Below, piece after piece: positions 26,651 to 41,614 of a stretch of DNA of 64,000 nt. The stretch's first letter is position 1. Each line of letters starts with the position of its first letter. The position numbers were made by a program, and so were the translations under genes. The notes below the pieces were generated by a model. The model saw only the letters and a program-made list of their open reading frames with translations. It was not told where the DNA came from and ran no database searches. This DNA comes from Eledone cirrhosa (Eukaryota): positions 321,594,001 to 321,658,000 of the forward strand of contig OZ024741.1 in NCBI GenBank assembly GCA_964016885.1. The letters are read 5' to 3'.

Positions 26651-28937
26651 ATGAGAGAAATAGTTCATTTACAAACTGGGCAGTGTGGTAACCAGATTGG
26701 ATCTAAATTCTGGGAAGTTATTTCTGATGAACACGGTATTGATAATAATGGAATTTATCATGGTGAGAACGACTTACAATTTGAGAGACTCAATGTCTAC
26801 TACGACGAAGCTACAGGCGGTAAATATGTACCCCGCGCTGTTCTTGTAGACCTGGAACCGGGTACAATGGATTGTATTCGTTCAGGACCATTCGGTCAAC
26901 TATTCCGTCCAGATAATTTCGTGTTTGGTCAAAATGGAGCTGGAAACAACTGGGCGAAAGGCCATTACACGGAAGGGGCTGAATTAGTCGAAATTGTTAT
27001 GGATATAGTTCGCAAGGAAGCAGAAAACTGTGACTGCCTTCAAGGTTTCCAATTGACTCACTCACTTGGCGGTGGTACTGGATCTGGCATGGGGACGTTA
27101 CTATTGAGCAAAATCCAGGAAGAATATCCTGATAGAATGATCAATACATTCTCTGTTGTTCCTTCACCCAAAGTAAGTAATTTCCATCGTCTCTCCTCTT
27201 TAGTTCTTTCAATAGTGCTTAGTATTCTTGTAGCTGAACCAAATTAACTTATTTGACCGATATCTTAACCTTCAATATATTTTTTTCTGTCATAGAATAT
27301 TTATTTTCCTGTCAGGCTAAAAAGCTTTACGTCAATTAGAATATATTGACCTCAGTACCTGACTTGTTTTCTTTCATGTTCGGCGTATTTGACATCCGTG
27401 TCTACAGGAATGCCGTAAAACATTTTGTGTGATGTTCTTGATTCTGCCATCAACCGTCTCAAAGTTTAAAATTATTTTAATTTTAAAATAACACTTGTAC
27501 TTGAAGCGAATTTCCACGAAATATATATTACCCTTACGTCGTAGCTATTAAGACTGTCTGATGTTGCCGTGTATCAACATATCCAAATTGTATATGCGAC
27601 ACTGACATCGGTAAGAATTTCTAATTTCAAGCTTATTTTATTACGAATTTCTAACATTATAAATTCCTGTTAGAGGGGGGTGGATTGGCAGTATCGGTGG
27701 AGGGTCGGATGCCAGCATAGTTACGTCCCTTTACGATCTGAGTTCAAATCCCGCCGAGGTTGACTTTGCCTTTCATCCTTACGGGGTCGATAAAATAAAG
27801 TACCAGTAATGCACTGGGTAATTGCTGGCCTTGTGCCTAAAGTAGAAACAATTATAAATTCCTGTTAGACAGACCTGTTTCACTCTTCCCCCGTCAGATG
27901 AGATCTCCCATTCACTTTAGGTTGGGTGAGAGATGTCTTCCCTTGTGAAAATGGGTATAGCTTTTGCCTCATTTCTCCCCGTTTGGGTTTTTAGAGGTTG
28001 GCAGATCTGGTTAGGACACCTGTAAAGTGAATTGACATTTAATTTAAGATAAAATTTCTTGCTTTAATATACAACATTTTATTTAAGATTATTTTTTTTT
28101 TTTTTGTTTTTCGTCTCGCAGGTGTCTGATACTGTGGTGGAACCGTATAATGCGACATTGTCAATACACCAACTGGTGGAAAATACAGATGAAACTTTCT
28201 TTATAGACAATGAGGCGTTGTACGACATCTGTTTCCGTACTTTGAAACTTACTACCCCTACCTATGGGGACATGAATCATTTAGTTTCGGCTACAATGGC
28301 TGGTGTTACGACATGTCTGAGGTTTCCCGGTCAATTAAATGCCGATCTGCGTAAACTTGCCGTCAATATGGTACCATTTCCTAGGCTGCATTTCTTTATA
28401 CCTGGCTTCGCCCCGCTAACAGCTCGAGGTAGCCAGCAATACAGAGCTTTGTCTGTAGCAGAACTTACACAGCAGATGTTTGATTCTAAGAATATGATGA
28501 CTGCCTGTGATCCAAAACACGGCCGCTACCTGACTGTTGCCACTATATTCCGAGGCCAAATGTCTATGAAGGAGGTTGATGATCAAATCAAAAATATACA
28601 GGATAAGAATAGTAGCTACTTTGTTGAGTGGATTCCAAATAATATAAAAACAGCCGTTTGTGATATTGCTCCGCGTGGATTTAAAATGTCTGGTGTATTT
28701 ATAGGTAACAGTACGGCTATCCAGGAGTTATTTATACGCATTGCTGATCAGTTCACGGCTATGTTTAAGCGTAAAGCTTTCTTACACTGGTACACTGGAG
28801 AGGGTATGGATGAGATGGAATTCACAGAAGCTGAGTCCAACGTGCATGATTTAATCAGTGAGTATCAGCAATACCAGGAAGCTACTGTTGAACAGGAAGG
28901 GGATTTTGATGATGGTGATGATAATGAAAACTTATGA
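26651..28937 (+). CDS. TUBB: Beta-tubulin copy 2, 445 aa; exons 26651-27172 and 28122-28937
   Basis: Same structure as copy 1; copy-specific residues N95, I119, Q156, M225, H307; tail [15 protein letters not shown]. Confidence 0.97.
27675..27850 (+). mobile_element. Young tRNA-derived SINE in the copy 2 intron; central domain resembles the Meta/MESC type
   Basis: A and B boxes; perfect 19-bp TSD attataaattcctgttaga (27656-27674, 27851-27869); absent from the introns of copies 1 and 3. Confidence 0.92.
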
Positions 28938-31653
28938 AATAACATTCAAATTTTCTATTAAATTGTTTCAGGAATTCTAAGATGTATTAAACATATTTTT
29001 CTGTGTGTTTTTGCACGGGGGGGTTCCAGTCGTGCTGTTATTTCTTTTGTTGTCTGAATAATTTATCTAATAAAAAGGTGAAATATTGAGTAAAACTCAA
29101 TTATTCCCTATTATGGAAATTCAAAAAGTTGTCTTTCACTAAACTCTGCCATAGTATAATTAAATATTGAATTGTTTCATATTCGTTTCTGAATTTGTTT
29201 AACAAGATTCTTTATCTGAAAACGTGTGTTGAAACCGATAGTGTTATACTTTGAGAGGGTCATGTTGCCAATAAGAAACACACGCACCAGTTGCTTTCAC
29301 TCCATTTTCTTTGCTCTTCCTTTTCTCTTTTCCTTTAGTAGTGTGTTCTGATATGTCAATCAAATCGAATAACATTTAAATTCATACGAAGGTTTTTCTT
29401 TTGTCTTTTGTTATATATGTATATATTTCAGTTATTCAAAAGCAGAACGTTGTTACAAGCCTGCAGCACTATGGGGACCTCTGGATTTAAAATGTTCAAA
29501 ACACGTATGTCCTGTTGGCTGCTTTGCGACCGAATCAGGAGTGTAGGGCCCGCAGTAATAAATTAAAAAGCTACATGATTTCAATGTTTGAGAACTTCTG
29601 GTGTCCCTTTATAACAAGAGAACTCCAAGCTTCGCCCTTTCCAAATCCTGTCCTACTCCTCCGACAAAACGATGGTGCCAACATTTCGAAAATTTGAGTG
29701 TAATGTAATGTGATCGACCCAGTAACACCGTTTTCAATATCCTCTCAGAGAATGCTGATTCCACAAGACTGCAAATACATCAATTCATCATGATAGATCC
29801 TTCGTCGGTTTCGATGATGAGCTATCAGCAGTTCAGTCAACTGAACATCCAATTTGTAAATTACAATGTGATTTAGTATTTCACAGACGCTTGTACCCAT
29901 AATGCAGTTGATAAGCAGATTCCGTAAGACACAGTGTAATAAGATTGGCTCTTTTGAATTACAGATACATCTCCTAGACCTGTCAACTTTCCCTGTCGGA
30001 CGGAGATCTCCCATCCACTATGGGATGGGGTGGGGGTTGACTTCTCTTGTAAAAATGGTAAATATTTCATTAAATAAAATCTTTTCTCCCAAGTTGTGGG
30101 CACTTTTTTTTCATGGTATTCCCCGTTTGGGTTTTTAGAGGTTGGGTTGGCAGGTTTGATCTCCTTCAATGGTCTTGAACACGGTTTGCTTAGTTCTATT
30201 CATATGGCGTCGGCTCTCTGGAAGCTATAGGAAATGATATTTACGGGAGACTTCAGATAGCGGAATACGAACACGGGACTTCTTAACGTCACAGTTATAC
30301 TACGTTTCCATTACAATGTCTATGTAAACCAATGGTAAAGGAAAGCGCAATCATTTCCCGATCCAGCAAAATAAGAATATATAGTAAATGTAATCTGAGA
30401 TTTTTCGAATATTAACATTCGATTCGTTTGCAATTATGCAAACAGCCTCTCTCTCTCTCTCTCTCTCTCCTTTTTTTTTTTTTTTTTTTCTCTCCTTCAT
30501 CGCAAATCCGACCATTAATGGCTCGTATACGGGAAACTGACTGGCCTCTGTCTGCTGATGAGTGGATCTGCTAATATGCAGATCTGACTGATTAGCCATT
30601 CTGCTAGTATGCAAATCAGTCACTGTATATTTTAAAAAATACCATATATTTTCACTAGCTCTGGCACGTGAACAGTGATCTGCACTGAAGAAGAGTAATA
30701 CCCAGAGACATTAACGTCTGTAGTTCTGTTTACATGCCAGCACAAGAGTAAGGGGCTCATTCTACTGACATGGCTTTTAAAAAAAAAAAAGAGGTTGTTT
30801 GCATAATTGCAAACGAATCGAATGTTATTATTAATATTCGAAAAACTCGGATTACAATTATTGTATTCAGCCATGTAGAGCCATAATTTTTTTTTTTTTA
30901 ATTTATTTTTTTATTTTTTTATTATATATATAGTGATATTGTAACATCTTAATATTGAGAACCTTAATAGCTTAACTGGAAAATTTACGAGTATTTAGAA
31001 TTGTATGGACATTGTCATTTAAGAGAAGTTTTCTAGTACCAGTTATTGTGAGGAAATTAGAAACATTTGTGTAGACAATTCGTTACCCTTGAATTTATAT
31101 GTATGAATATTATACATATATGCATATACACACGCATACATATATGCATGCGTATCTGACCCATACTAGAATAGAAAAATGGAGGGTAAACGATGATGAT
31201 GGTGGTATATATATATATATATATATATATACACGAATATAAAAGGTAAACAGAAATAACACAATCGGTACAGTAATATGGAAGGGATATATTAGGTTAA
31301 CGCTTGATATAGCAGGAAGAGGGTCGTAACATTTCGGACGTCATCAACAGCATAATTGTTTAATATTTGCATTTCCTGCTAGCAAGGTTTGAACGGGTCT
31401 ACATAAACCATGTCAGTATGGAAGTGGGGCTACTGATCTTCCAGACAGGCCAAGGATCTGCATCTTGCTTACATATGATCTCGCAAGTTTGAAGTTATGG
31501 CAAGTGTGGTGTGATTTCACAGGGTGACGAGTGGGTAAGGGAATATGATGACGAGAGCACTGAAGTAATGTGGGAAGGAGGGCGTGGATTGTTTGGTCAT
31601 TAGTTCTTGGATGGGTGTGGCATTCACCAGTACCAGGATGGAGAGAATAGATA

Positions 31654-34600
31654 TATTTCTTTATTTGCCACAAGGGCGCACAAGAATAGGGGAGAAAACA
31701 AAGACGCATGCCGGGGATTTTACATACAATCGTGTAAATACATTGAAACAAACAAATTAAACAATCCAAATTCCCAATAGTGGGGAGGCGCCACAAATGG
31801 GTTTAATACCCCGTCGATACAACAACTCTCAACTTCAGGAGTGTGTTGTGCAAGTGCTCCCTTCTTCCTTTTGCTCTCTTTTTGAACCTACAGGTTTATA
31901 TACAGAGAAGGCCCAATCACTCGGGACAATTTTTGCCACATTCACCCACCTTTCAGCAAATTTACTGGGGTGCAGTGCCTCTCTCTCCACTGATTCTCCT
32001 TCTAAAGTGGTACCTAAAGAAGGGAATGAGTTGTTTTCCGGAGATAAAGGCATCTGCAGTCTTCTCAATCTCGTCCACCATATAACCTCTTTCACCATAG
32101 CCACTATGCAGAGGAAAACCGCCTCCCTTTCGTTTTTGAAAGAGGTTGGCGGTTTGATGTTTACTATGGACTCGGCAGTCGACTGGATTTGTCCCATACG
32201 CGACAGCAGTTGTTCTGCATAGTTCCACAGGTCGCTTACGCCCGGGCAGTGTACAATTGCGCGCAAGACGGTTTCAATGTTCTGCTCGTATCTTGGACAC
32301 GTCCTCTTGGAAGGATCCCTGCCGGGGCGTCCGTGCCTGTAGATCTTGTCTCGAACTGGTAGAGCTCCTCGGTAACACTGCCAGGCCAGGGACCTCTGGC
32401 AGTTGTCCATTGGTTCCGGGCGGAAAGTCCTACCAAACAGACTGGTGAGTTCGTCGTCTTCGACGCCCAGAGTCTCTCCGAGCACGTCGTCGCCCTTGTG
32501 ACGTACTAACCCTCTATAGAATGTCGAAGTGGAGTCTCCACTGTTTGCTGTGCCCGCTTGACAGAGGACTGTGAGCGCCTGAGCGCATGTTTGCGCATCA
32601 TCAGCCACGGCATTCCCAGCCCTCCGTTGGAAGGGTGCTGACAGCAGACGGATCTCCTCATCAGTGGAGCCTGCTTCTTCCAAAGGAACTGGAAGAGCAT
32701 GCGTTCCATCTTGGTGAGGTGTTCACGGGGACAAAGCACGACTGTCAAGCGGTAGTAGATGACGGACGCTATGAACGTGTTCGCCCTCTCCGCTCGACCT
32801 TTCAAGGATAGTTCGCCCACTTCTGGGTGAGCGCAAATACCTTGGCCGTGACCTCGTTCCAGTTTTTCTCCACCTGGTGGTCCGGACCGAACCAGATCCC
32901 GAGCAATTTCACAGGTCCGTCCGTCCAGCGTCCGACGACGCTGTCGGACGGTCGGTTTGCCTCTCCACGTTCCGAATTTCAAACCGACAGATTTGTCCAG
33001 GTTCAGTTTTGCTCCTGTGAGCCTTTCGTATTCTTGCAGTAAGTTGCCGATCGCCCCGATTTCCGAGGTTTCCGACACTATTACTGTCACGTCGTCGGCA
33101 TAAGCCGATGCCGCTTTCCGCAGTCCCGGTTCCAACGGGATGCCCTGCAGCAGCTCCAGCTTCCGCGGTAGTAGCTCCAGAGTCAATACGTACAGAATGG
33201 CGGAGAGAGGACATCGATGTCGGATGAAACGCCTGATTGCGAACGGCTCCGATAGGTAGCCGTTCACCTTGACCATTGAGCAGATGTTGGTGTGTATTGC
33301 GGCGATCCAGCCCCTGAAGACGGATCCGAAACGGACCGCCTTCAGAACCGCTTCCAAGTATTGATGTTCGACCCTATCGAACGCCTTAGACTGATCTAAA
33401 TTGATCAGAGCCCCACCGAAGCCGGTTTTACATCCCACCCTCTTTATGATGTATCGCATGAGGTGGAGATAGTCGTGTATGGACCTGGTCGGGATTGCAC
33501 ACGTTTGCGCTTTCCCTACCAGGTTCTCGACGACAATCGCCAACACCTTGGCAAAAATCTTTAACTCTGTGTTGAGCAGAGTTATGGGCCTAAAGTTGCT
33601 TAGTTCGTCCTCCTTGTTCTCGTCTTTCCTGATCAGCGTTACTCTTCCCCTGCCTGCAGAACTGGGAATTCTCCCGTTCTGCTGCCAGTTGCAGTAGACG
33701 GCTTCGAGGACGTCAGAGAACAAGTCCTGCATGCATATGTAAAACTCATAAAAGCAATGAGCGAGATGTTCCCAGAAAAGACTCTAGACGTTTAAAGAAG
33801 TCTGGCCGCGATTGCTCAGTCAGGGCATAAACGGCCACCAGTCTGAAGGCTCCACCTCCAAGATTGTTCACGTCTAGGACTACCAGTCTACCCTCCGGGT
33901 CCAAGTGTACTTGCTGTATTTCGAGGTTCATGTTTTTCCGAAACATGACAGCCACACCGCCTCCACCTCCTGGCTGACAAAGAGATGCGTAGATCTTAGA
34001 GTCATTGAAGACGGGGTTAGTTGCTGCCTATTGAGGATCCTGGACTCGGTGATGGCTATCACATCCATACTGTGTGACGTAAGGTCGTTTAAATGTTTGC
34101 CCTGTTTCCAGGGCAGCCCTAGGCCACGCACATTCACACTTTCAACTCGTAAATTCGCCATGTTGGTGGAGAAGAGTTGGCGAAAAAGGACGAAAAGATG
34201 TACTTACCTTTTCGTTTCCTGGAGATCGGGTTGTTTAATCTCCATTTGGGTGCTGGTGGGGGTGTTGAGTGGGGTGGGGAAACATATTAATAGGACGCGG
34301 TTAATGGGCTTTTGACAGGGGTTGCCAACGTCCTGTAAAAATTGTTCTTTTAATTTCTGATAGGTTTCTATCGAAAGCCTTATCAGTTTTAGGTGTGGTT
34401 GAGAGTCTGCCTTGACAGAAGTTTGCTCCGCAGATTCTACCTTGGGGTCTTGGGAGATGACCTCCATTAGCTTTTTGTTGTTTGTGTTAATGAATGTGTA
34501 TTGTTTTTTTTATTGTGTTGTTTTGGTTTGTTGTTCATTTTGTAGTTTTCTTTTTATGGTGGGCATTTGTGTTTGGGTTGGTGTTGGTGTTGGTGTTTGT

Positions 34601-34880
34601 TTTGCTGGTAAGGGGGGGGGGGGGTGATTGTGGTGGTGTTTGTTTTGTTGTTTGTGTTGGTGGTTGTGTGTTCGTGTTGGTTATTGGTGTTTTTGTGGCT
34701 TTGCGGTGTCTCTTATTTTGTTTTTTTGATTTCCGAGGCTCTCTTTTTTTTCAGAGGAATTGTTTTTGTTTTTTTCTGTTGTTGGTTGTTGATCAGTTGT
34801 TTGTTTTTGTGTGTTTGCTTGTTTTGTGTGTTGTTGTTGTTGTTATTGTAGTTTTGGTGTTGGTAAAAGTACTTGGGGGG
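31654..34880 (-). mobile_element. Second copy of the Tx1/L1 LINE (duplicated with the unit) with a ~1-kb internal deletion
   Basis: ORF 32506-33732 contains AYADD; same insertion point as copy 1; junction at ~33748 skips the equivalent of ~22428-23421. Confidence 0.9.
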
Positions 34881-34927
34881 GATATCAAGACTCTCATACG
34901 TTTTGAGCTGTTTTAGTGCTACTGCCA

Positions 34928-34993
<66 letters not shown>

Positions 34994-35524
34994 TTCAATG
35001 TGATCTATCCTTCGTGGTAGGGTCCGTTATGTAGATAGAACTCAATGTAATCCGATAGGGAATAATCCAGTGAAATCCATAGAAAGGTCCTGTGTTCGAC
35101 TGAGTTAATTCCTTAGATACAGAGTTTGATATTAGATGTTAATTTAACAATAATAACAACGGCAAGTTATTTTACCTATTCATATCATTGTTTTACGATC
35201 GTTTCGGAGGGTTGATCATATTGACATATTGACTGATTTATAGCATTTATATAACTGTATACTATCAGACATCATATATAGGTTCGATAAGACCGTCTTC
35301 TTCGGAAACATTGTTTCCTAAGAAGTCGGTCTGATCAGTTAATATGTCAACATGACCAACCCTCCGAAATGATCATAAAACAATGATATGAATAGGTAAA
35401 ATAACTTAACTTGGTTATTATTTTCATTGTTAGATTAATATTATCTATATATATATAAATGATGGCTACCCCCTCGTTATTGAGTATGGTCATTGCACGA
35501 TATAACATTATTAATACTTATAAA

Positions 35525-35651
35525 GGGCGGTGGATTGGCAGTATCGGTAGAGAGTCTGACTCCATGCTTTCTAGCATAGTTACGTCCCTTTACGATCTGA
35601 GTTCAAATCCCGCCGAGGTTGACTTTGCCTCTTGTGCCTAAAGTAGAAACA
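35525..35651 (+). mobile_element. Internally deleted SINE of the 27675 family
   Basis: 18-bp TSD attattaatacttataaa; the empty site is visible at ~25287-25304. Confidence 0.9.
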
Positions 35652-36024
35652 ATTATTAATACTTATAAATTAATGCAATCGTGCAATTCCTGTGCGCAAA
35701 GATTTTTTTTCAAGTCAGGAAAGAATGTGTACTGAGCCAATCCCATTCTCTGAGCGACAGTGGCTATAACTAGTAAAGAAGAAAAGATCAACATCATCGG
35801 TAACTACTGAGCCGCAGGTTTTATGTCGGAGTTATCCCAGTTTCCTGAGTTGCCTTCTCCTAGAAGAATGCCCTGACGAAGGCTAGGTGTCCTTCACCCC
35901 CAGTGGTTTAACAACGCGATTCTTTCTATGTCGCCGCGCATATACATACACATGCATACGTGTATGTACATATATATATATACACATGCATACATATATA
36001 TACATATATATATATATATATACA

Positions 36025-36112
<88 letters not shown>

Positions 36113-36523
36113 CACATGCATACATGTATATACATATTTATGTATTTTAGGATGGCCGTTGACTCTTATGAGTTCTTCCAACCCTTTGTCCTGCAGTGTG
36201 TCCAAAATCACCCTCCTCACCAAGCAAACTTGGTAGGGTTTCTGGTTTAGTCGCCGACGACCCGTCAATGCGCCTGTTTGTACTGAGTTACATGTTACCA
36301 ATAGCACTCAAGAGTAACCCGACGCATATATACACACATACATATATATATACACACATATATATACATATATATATATACACACATATATATACACACA
36401 TATATTATATACACATATATACACATATATATACATATATATACACATATATATATATACACGTATATATATATACACATATATATACATACATATATAT
36501 ACATATATATATATACATACATA

Positions 36524-36557
<34 letters not shown>

Positions 36558-37234
36558 CATATATATATATATATACATACATATACATAGATACTTACAT
36601 ACATATATATACATACATATACATACATATACATTACATATACTGTATATATACATACATAAGGTGGCTGCCAACTCGTTTTCGAGTACGGGCACTACTT
36701 TATATCCATATAGTAAAACCCCTACCGATGCACTGAACTTGTGTGACTTTTTAGTCCAGCCAGTGACTTGAAAACTCTGGTACAAACACTACACTTGAGA
36801 CAATTATTGACACATAGTGCTGGGCCCATGGTATCATGTGACGACAAGTGCAGAGAGATCTCCAGATATAAAGCAATGCCTGTGCCGTGAAGCTTTTATA
36901 GTGAGCAAAGGCACTGCACAAAGCCAGTCCCACTCTCTTAACCAAGATGATACATACATATACATACATACATATACATACATATATATATATATATACA
37001 TATACTACATATACATACATATACATACATACATATATGTACATATATATACATTCTATGATAAAAAGAGGAAAGTCAAATCTCTCTCCCTCTATACTCT
37101 TTTACTCTTTTACCTGTTTCAGCCATCCGGCTGAGGCCATGCTGGGGCACCGCCCTTGGGTCTATATATATATATATATATGTATGTTAATTAAATACTG
37201 TTGGCTTCACACTCACAATAATTTCTATACTTTC

Positions 37235-37285
<51 letters not shown>

Positions 37286-37520
37286 GAGAGAGAGAGAGGG
37301 AGAGAGAGAGAGATGCTCAAGTGAGGAAAACCAATGTTGACCTCGGTGGGATTTGAACCATTTTTTTTCTACAAAGATGTCCATTGATTATTACTGCAGC
37401 CGTCACATATGTAAATTTTGCCTTGTAGAAAATGGACGGGTTCATAACACTGTATAAATACCAGGTTTCAGTCTGAGATGTTAAACATTTGTTGTTGACC
37501 GTTTTACAGCAAAGTTAGTG

Positions 37521-39601
37521 ATGAGAGAAATAGTTCATTTACAAACTGGGCAGTGTGGTAACCAGATTGGATCTAAATTCTGGGAAGTTATTTCTGATGA
37601 ACACGGTATTGATAATAATGGAATTTATCATGGTGAGAACGACTTACAATTTGAGAGACTCAATGTCTACTACGACGAAGCTACAGGCGGTAAATATGTA
37701 CCTCGCGCTGTTCTTGTAGACCTGGAACCGGGTACAATGGATTGTATTCGTTCAGGACCATTCGGTCAACTATTTCGTCCAGATAATTTCGTGTTTGGTC
37801 AAAGTGGAGCTGGAAACAACTGGGCGAAAGGCCATTACACAGAAGGGGCTGAATTAGTCGAAATTGTTATGGATGTAGTTCGCAAGGAAGCAGAAAACTG
37901 TGACTGCCTTCAAGGTTTCCAATTGACTCACTCACTTGGCGGTGGTACTGGATCTGGCATGGGGACGTTACTATTAAGCAAAATCCGGGAAGAATATCCT
38001 GATAGAATGATCAATACATTCTCTGTTGTTCCTTCACCCAAAGTAAGTAATTTCCATCGTCTCTCCTCTCTTTAGTTCTTTCAATAGTGCTTAGTATTCT
38101 TGTAGCTGAACCAAATTAACTTATTTGACCGATATCTTAACCTTCAATATATTTTTTTTCTGTCATAGAATATTTATTTTCCTGTCAGGCCAAAAAGCTT
38201 TACGTCAATTAGAATATATTGACCTCAGTACCTGACTTGTTCTCTTTCATGTTCGGCGTATTTGACATCCGTGTCTACAGGAATGCCGTAAAACATTTTG
38301 TGATGTTCTTGATTCTGCCATAACCTTCTCAAAGTTTAAAATTATTTTAATTTTAAAATAACACTTGTACTTGAAGCGAATTTCCACGAAATATATATTA
38401 CCCTTCCGTCGTAGCTATTAAGACTGTCTGATGTTGCCGTGTATCAACATATCCAAATTGTATATTATGCGACACAGACACCGGTAAGAATTTCTAATTT
38501 CAAGCTTATTTTATTACGAATTTCTAACATTATAAATTCCTGTTAGACAGACCTGTTTCACTCTTCCCCCGTCAGATGAGATCTCCCATTCACGTTAGGT
38601 TGGGTGAGAGATGTCTTCTCTTGTGAAAATGGGTATAGCTTTTGCCTCATTTCTCCCCGTTTGGGTTTTTAGAGGTTGGCAGATCTGGTTAGGACACCTG
38701 TAAAGTGAATTGACATTTAATTTAATATAAAATTTCTTGCTTTAATATACATCATTTTATTTAAGATTATTTTTTTTTTTTGTTTTTCGTCTCGCAGGTG
38801 TCTGATACTGTGGTGGAACCGTATAATGCGACATTGTCAATACACCAACTGGTGGAAAATACAGATGAAACTTTCTTTATAGACAATGAGGCGTTGTACG
38901 ACATCTGTTTCCGTACTTTGAAACTTACTACCCCTACCTATGGGGACTTGAATCATTTAGTTTCGGCTACAATGGCTGGTGTTACGACATGTCTGAGGTT
39001 TCCCGGTCAATTAAATGCCGATCTGCGTAAACTTGCCGTCAATATGGTACCATTTCCTAGGCTGCATTTCTTCATACCTGGCTTCGCCCCGCTAACAGCT
39101 CGAGGTAGCCAGCAATACAGAGCTTTGTCTGTAGCAGAACTTACACAGCAGATGTTTGATTCTAAGAATATGATGACTGCCTGTGATCCAAAACGCGGCC
39201 GCTACCTGACTGTTGCCACTATATTCCGAGGCCAAATGTCTATGAAGGAGGTTGATGATCAAATCAAAAATATACAGGATAAGAATAGTAACTACTTTGT
39301 TGAGTGGATTCCAAATAATATAAAAACAGCCGTTTGTGATATTGCTCCGCGTGGATTTAAAATGTCTGGTGTATTTATAGGTAACAGTACGGCTATCCAG
39401 GAGTTATTTATACGCATTGCTGATCAGTTCACGGCTATGTTTAAGCGTAAAGCTTTCTTACACTGGTACACTGGAGAGGGTATGGATGAGATGGAATTCA
39501 CAGAAGCTGAGTCCAACGTGCATGATTTAATCAGTGAGTATCAGCAATACCAGGAAGCTACTGTTGAAAAGGAAGATGATAATGATGATGAAAGCTTATA
39601 A
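37521..39601 (+). CDS. TUBB: Beta-tubulin copy 3, 441 aa; exons 37521-38042 and 38798-39601
   Basis: Same structure; N339; shorter tail [15 protein letters not shown]. Confidence 0.97.
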
Positions 39602-41324
39602 AATAACATTCAAATTTTCTATTAAATTGTTTCAGGAATTCTAAGATGTATTAAACATATTTTTCTGTGTGTTTTTGCACGGAGTGTTCCAGTCGTGCTG
39701 TTATTTCTTTTCCTGTCTGAATAATTTATCTAATAAAAAGGTGGAATATTGAGTAAAACTCAATTATTCCCTGTTATGGAAATTCAAAAAGTTGTCTTTC
39801 ACTAAACTCTGCCATAGTATAATTAAATATTGAATTGTTTCATTTTCTTTTTTCTTCCTTTTCTGGTTCCTTTAGTAGTGTGTTCTTATATGTCAATGCA
39901 CATTGCGAGATGTATTTTTGAAAAAAAAAAGTTTGAACGTCTCACTGGGGTAAGGGGGATGAAGCTTTAAGCTACGCTTATAAAATTTATCAAATAGAAT
40001 AAAATATTTGTAAGTTCATAGGCTTGTTTTTTTTTTTTTTTTTTTTTTTTTTTTTGTTTTTTTTTTTGTTATATATATATATATTTATATTATATTATAT
40101 TATATTATATTATATTTCAATTAATTAAATGTTCGTGTTTAGTTGTTTAACGACGCAATCTTCTTTTAGCTGTGTGCATAGTGGCAAGAAAAAAAGTTAT
40201 TCAAAAGCAGAACGTTGTTACAAGCCTGCAGCACTATGGGGACCTCTGGATTTAAAATGTTCAAAACACGTATGTCCTGTTGGCTGCTTTGCGACCGAAT
40301 CAGGAGTGTAGGGCCCGCAGTAATAAATTAAAAAGCTACATGATTTCAATGTTTGAGAACTTCTGGTGTCCCTTTATAACAAGAGAACTCCAAGCTTCGC
40401 CCTTTCCAAATCCTGTCCTACTCCTCCGACAAAACGATGGTGCCAACATTTCGAAAATTTGAGTGTAATGTAATGTGATCGACCCAGTAACACCGTTTTC
40501 AATATCCTCTCAGAGAATGCTGATTCCACAAGACTGCAAATACATCAATTCATCATGATAGATCCTTCGTCGGTTTCGATGATGAGCTATCAGCAGTTCA
40601 GTCAACTGAACATCCAATTTGTAAATTACAATGTGATTTAGTATTTCACAGACGCTTGTACCCATAATGCAATTAAGCCGATTCCGTCAGACTCGGTGTA
40701 ATAAGATTGGCTCTTTTGAATTACAGATACATCTCCTAGACCTGTCGGACGGGAAGATCTCCCACACCACTTTACAACGGTGAGAGATGCCTTTTCTTGT
40801 TAAAATGGGTAAAACTTTCATTATGTAAAATCTTCCAAATTTTGCTACATTTCTTCCCGTTTGGGGCACTTTTTTTTTTTTTTTTTTCATTCATGTTATT
40901 CCCCGTTTGGGTTTTTAGAGGTTGGCGGGTCTGATCTCTTTCAATGGTCTTGCTCGGTTTCCGTTTGCGCCGGTTCTCTTGAAACTATTTACGAGATTTC
41001 AGATAGAGGAATCGAACATGGGACTTTTTAATTAGTTACACTACGTCTACATTACAATGTCTATGTGAACCAATGGTAAAAGAGAACGCAAACATTTGCC
41101 GATCCAGTAAAATTGCAAAATAAGAATATATATATAGATATAGAGAGATATCGTAATATTGAGAATCAATCTTAATAGTTTAACTGGAAAATTTACGTGT
41201 ATTTAGAATTGTATGGACATTGTCATTTAAAAGAAAAGTTTCTAGGACCGGTTATTGAGGAAATTAGGACCATTTGTGTAGACAATTTTTTTTTTTTTTA
41301 CCCTTGAATTATATATATATATAA

Positions 41325-41540
41325 ATATATATGAATGTATATATAGTGTATTTTGCAATACACTGTATGTTTAATTAAAAGCATTTCGAAGACCTTATGC
41401 TATTGTTTTAGAGTAGTGACAGACTCACTCACTTTAATTTTCAGCAAAAAGGGGAGATAAAGCTGACAAGGCCTTGTTTCGCTTTTAATTAAACATACAG
41501 TGTATTGCAAAATACACTATATATACATTCATATATATAT
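41325..41540. repeat. Fold-back element in a (TA)n tract at the end of unit 3
   Basis: atgaatgtatatatagtgtattttgcaatacactgtatgtttaattaaaagc ... gcttttaattaaacatacagtgtattgcaaaatacactatatatacattcat. Confidence 0.85.
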
Positions 41541-41571
41541 ATATATATATATAGCTATTTCAGAGCACCAA

Positions 41572-41614
<43 letters not shown>

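Noticed and set aside
27675-27760. tRNA-like A/B boxes (also ~7900, 14220, 35530, 44940, 63950)
   Set aside because: SINE heads with bodies and TSDs; no complete cloverleaf.
29515-29697. Identical 60-aa ORF in two units (also 40280-40462)
   Set aside because: TTG start and no recognisable domain; the identity is explained by recent duplication.
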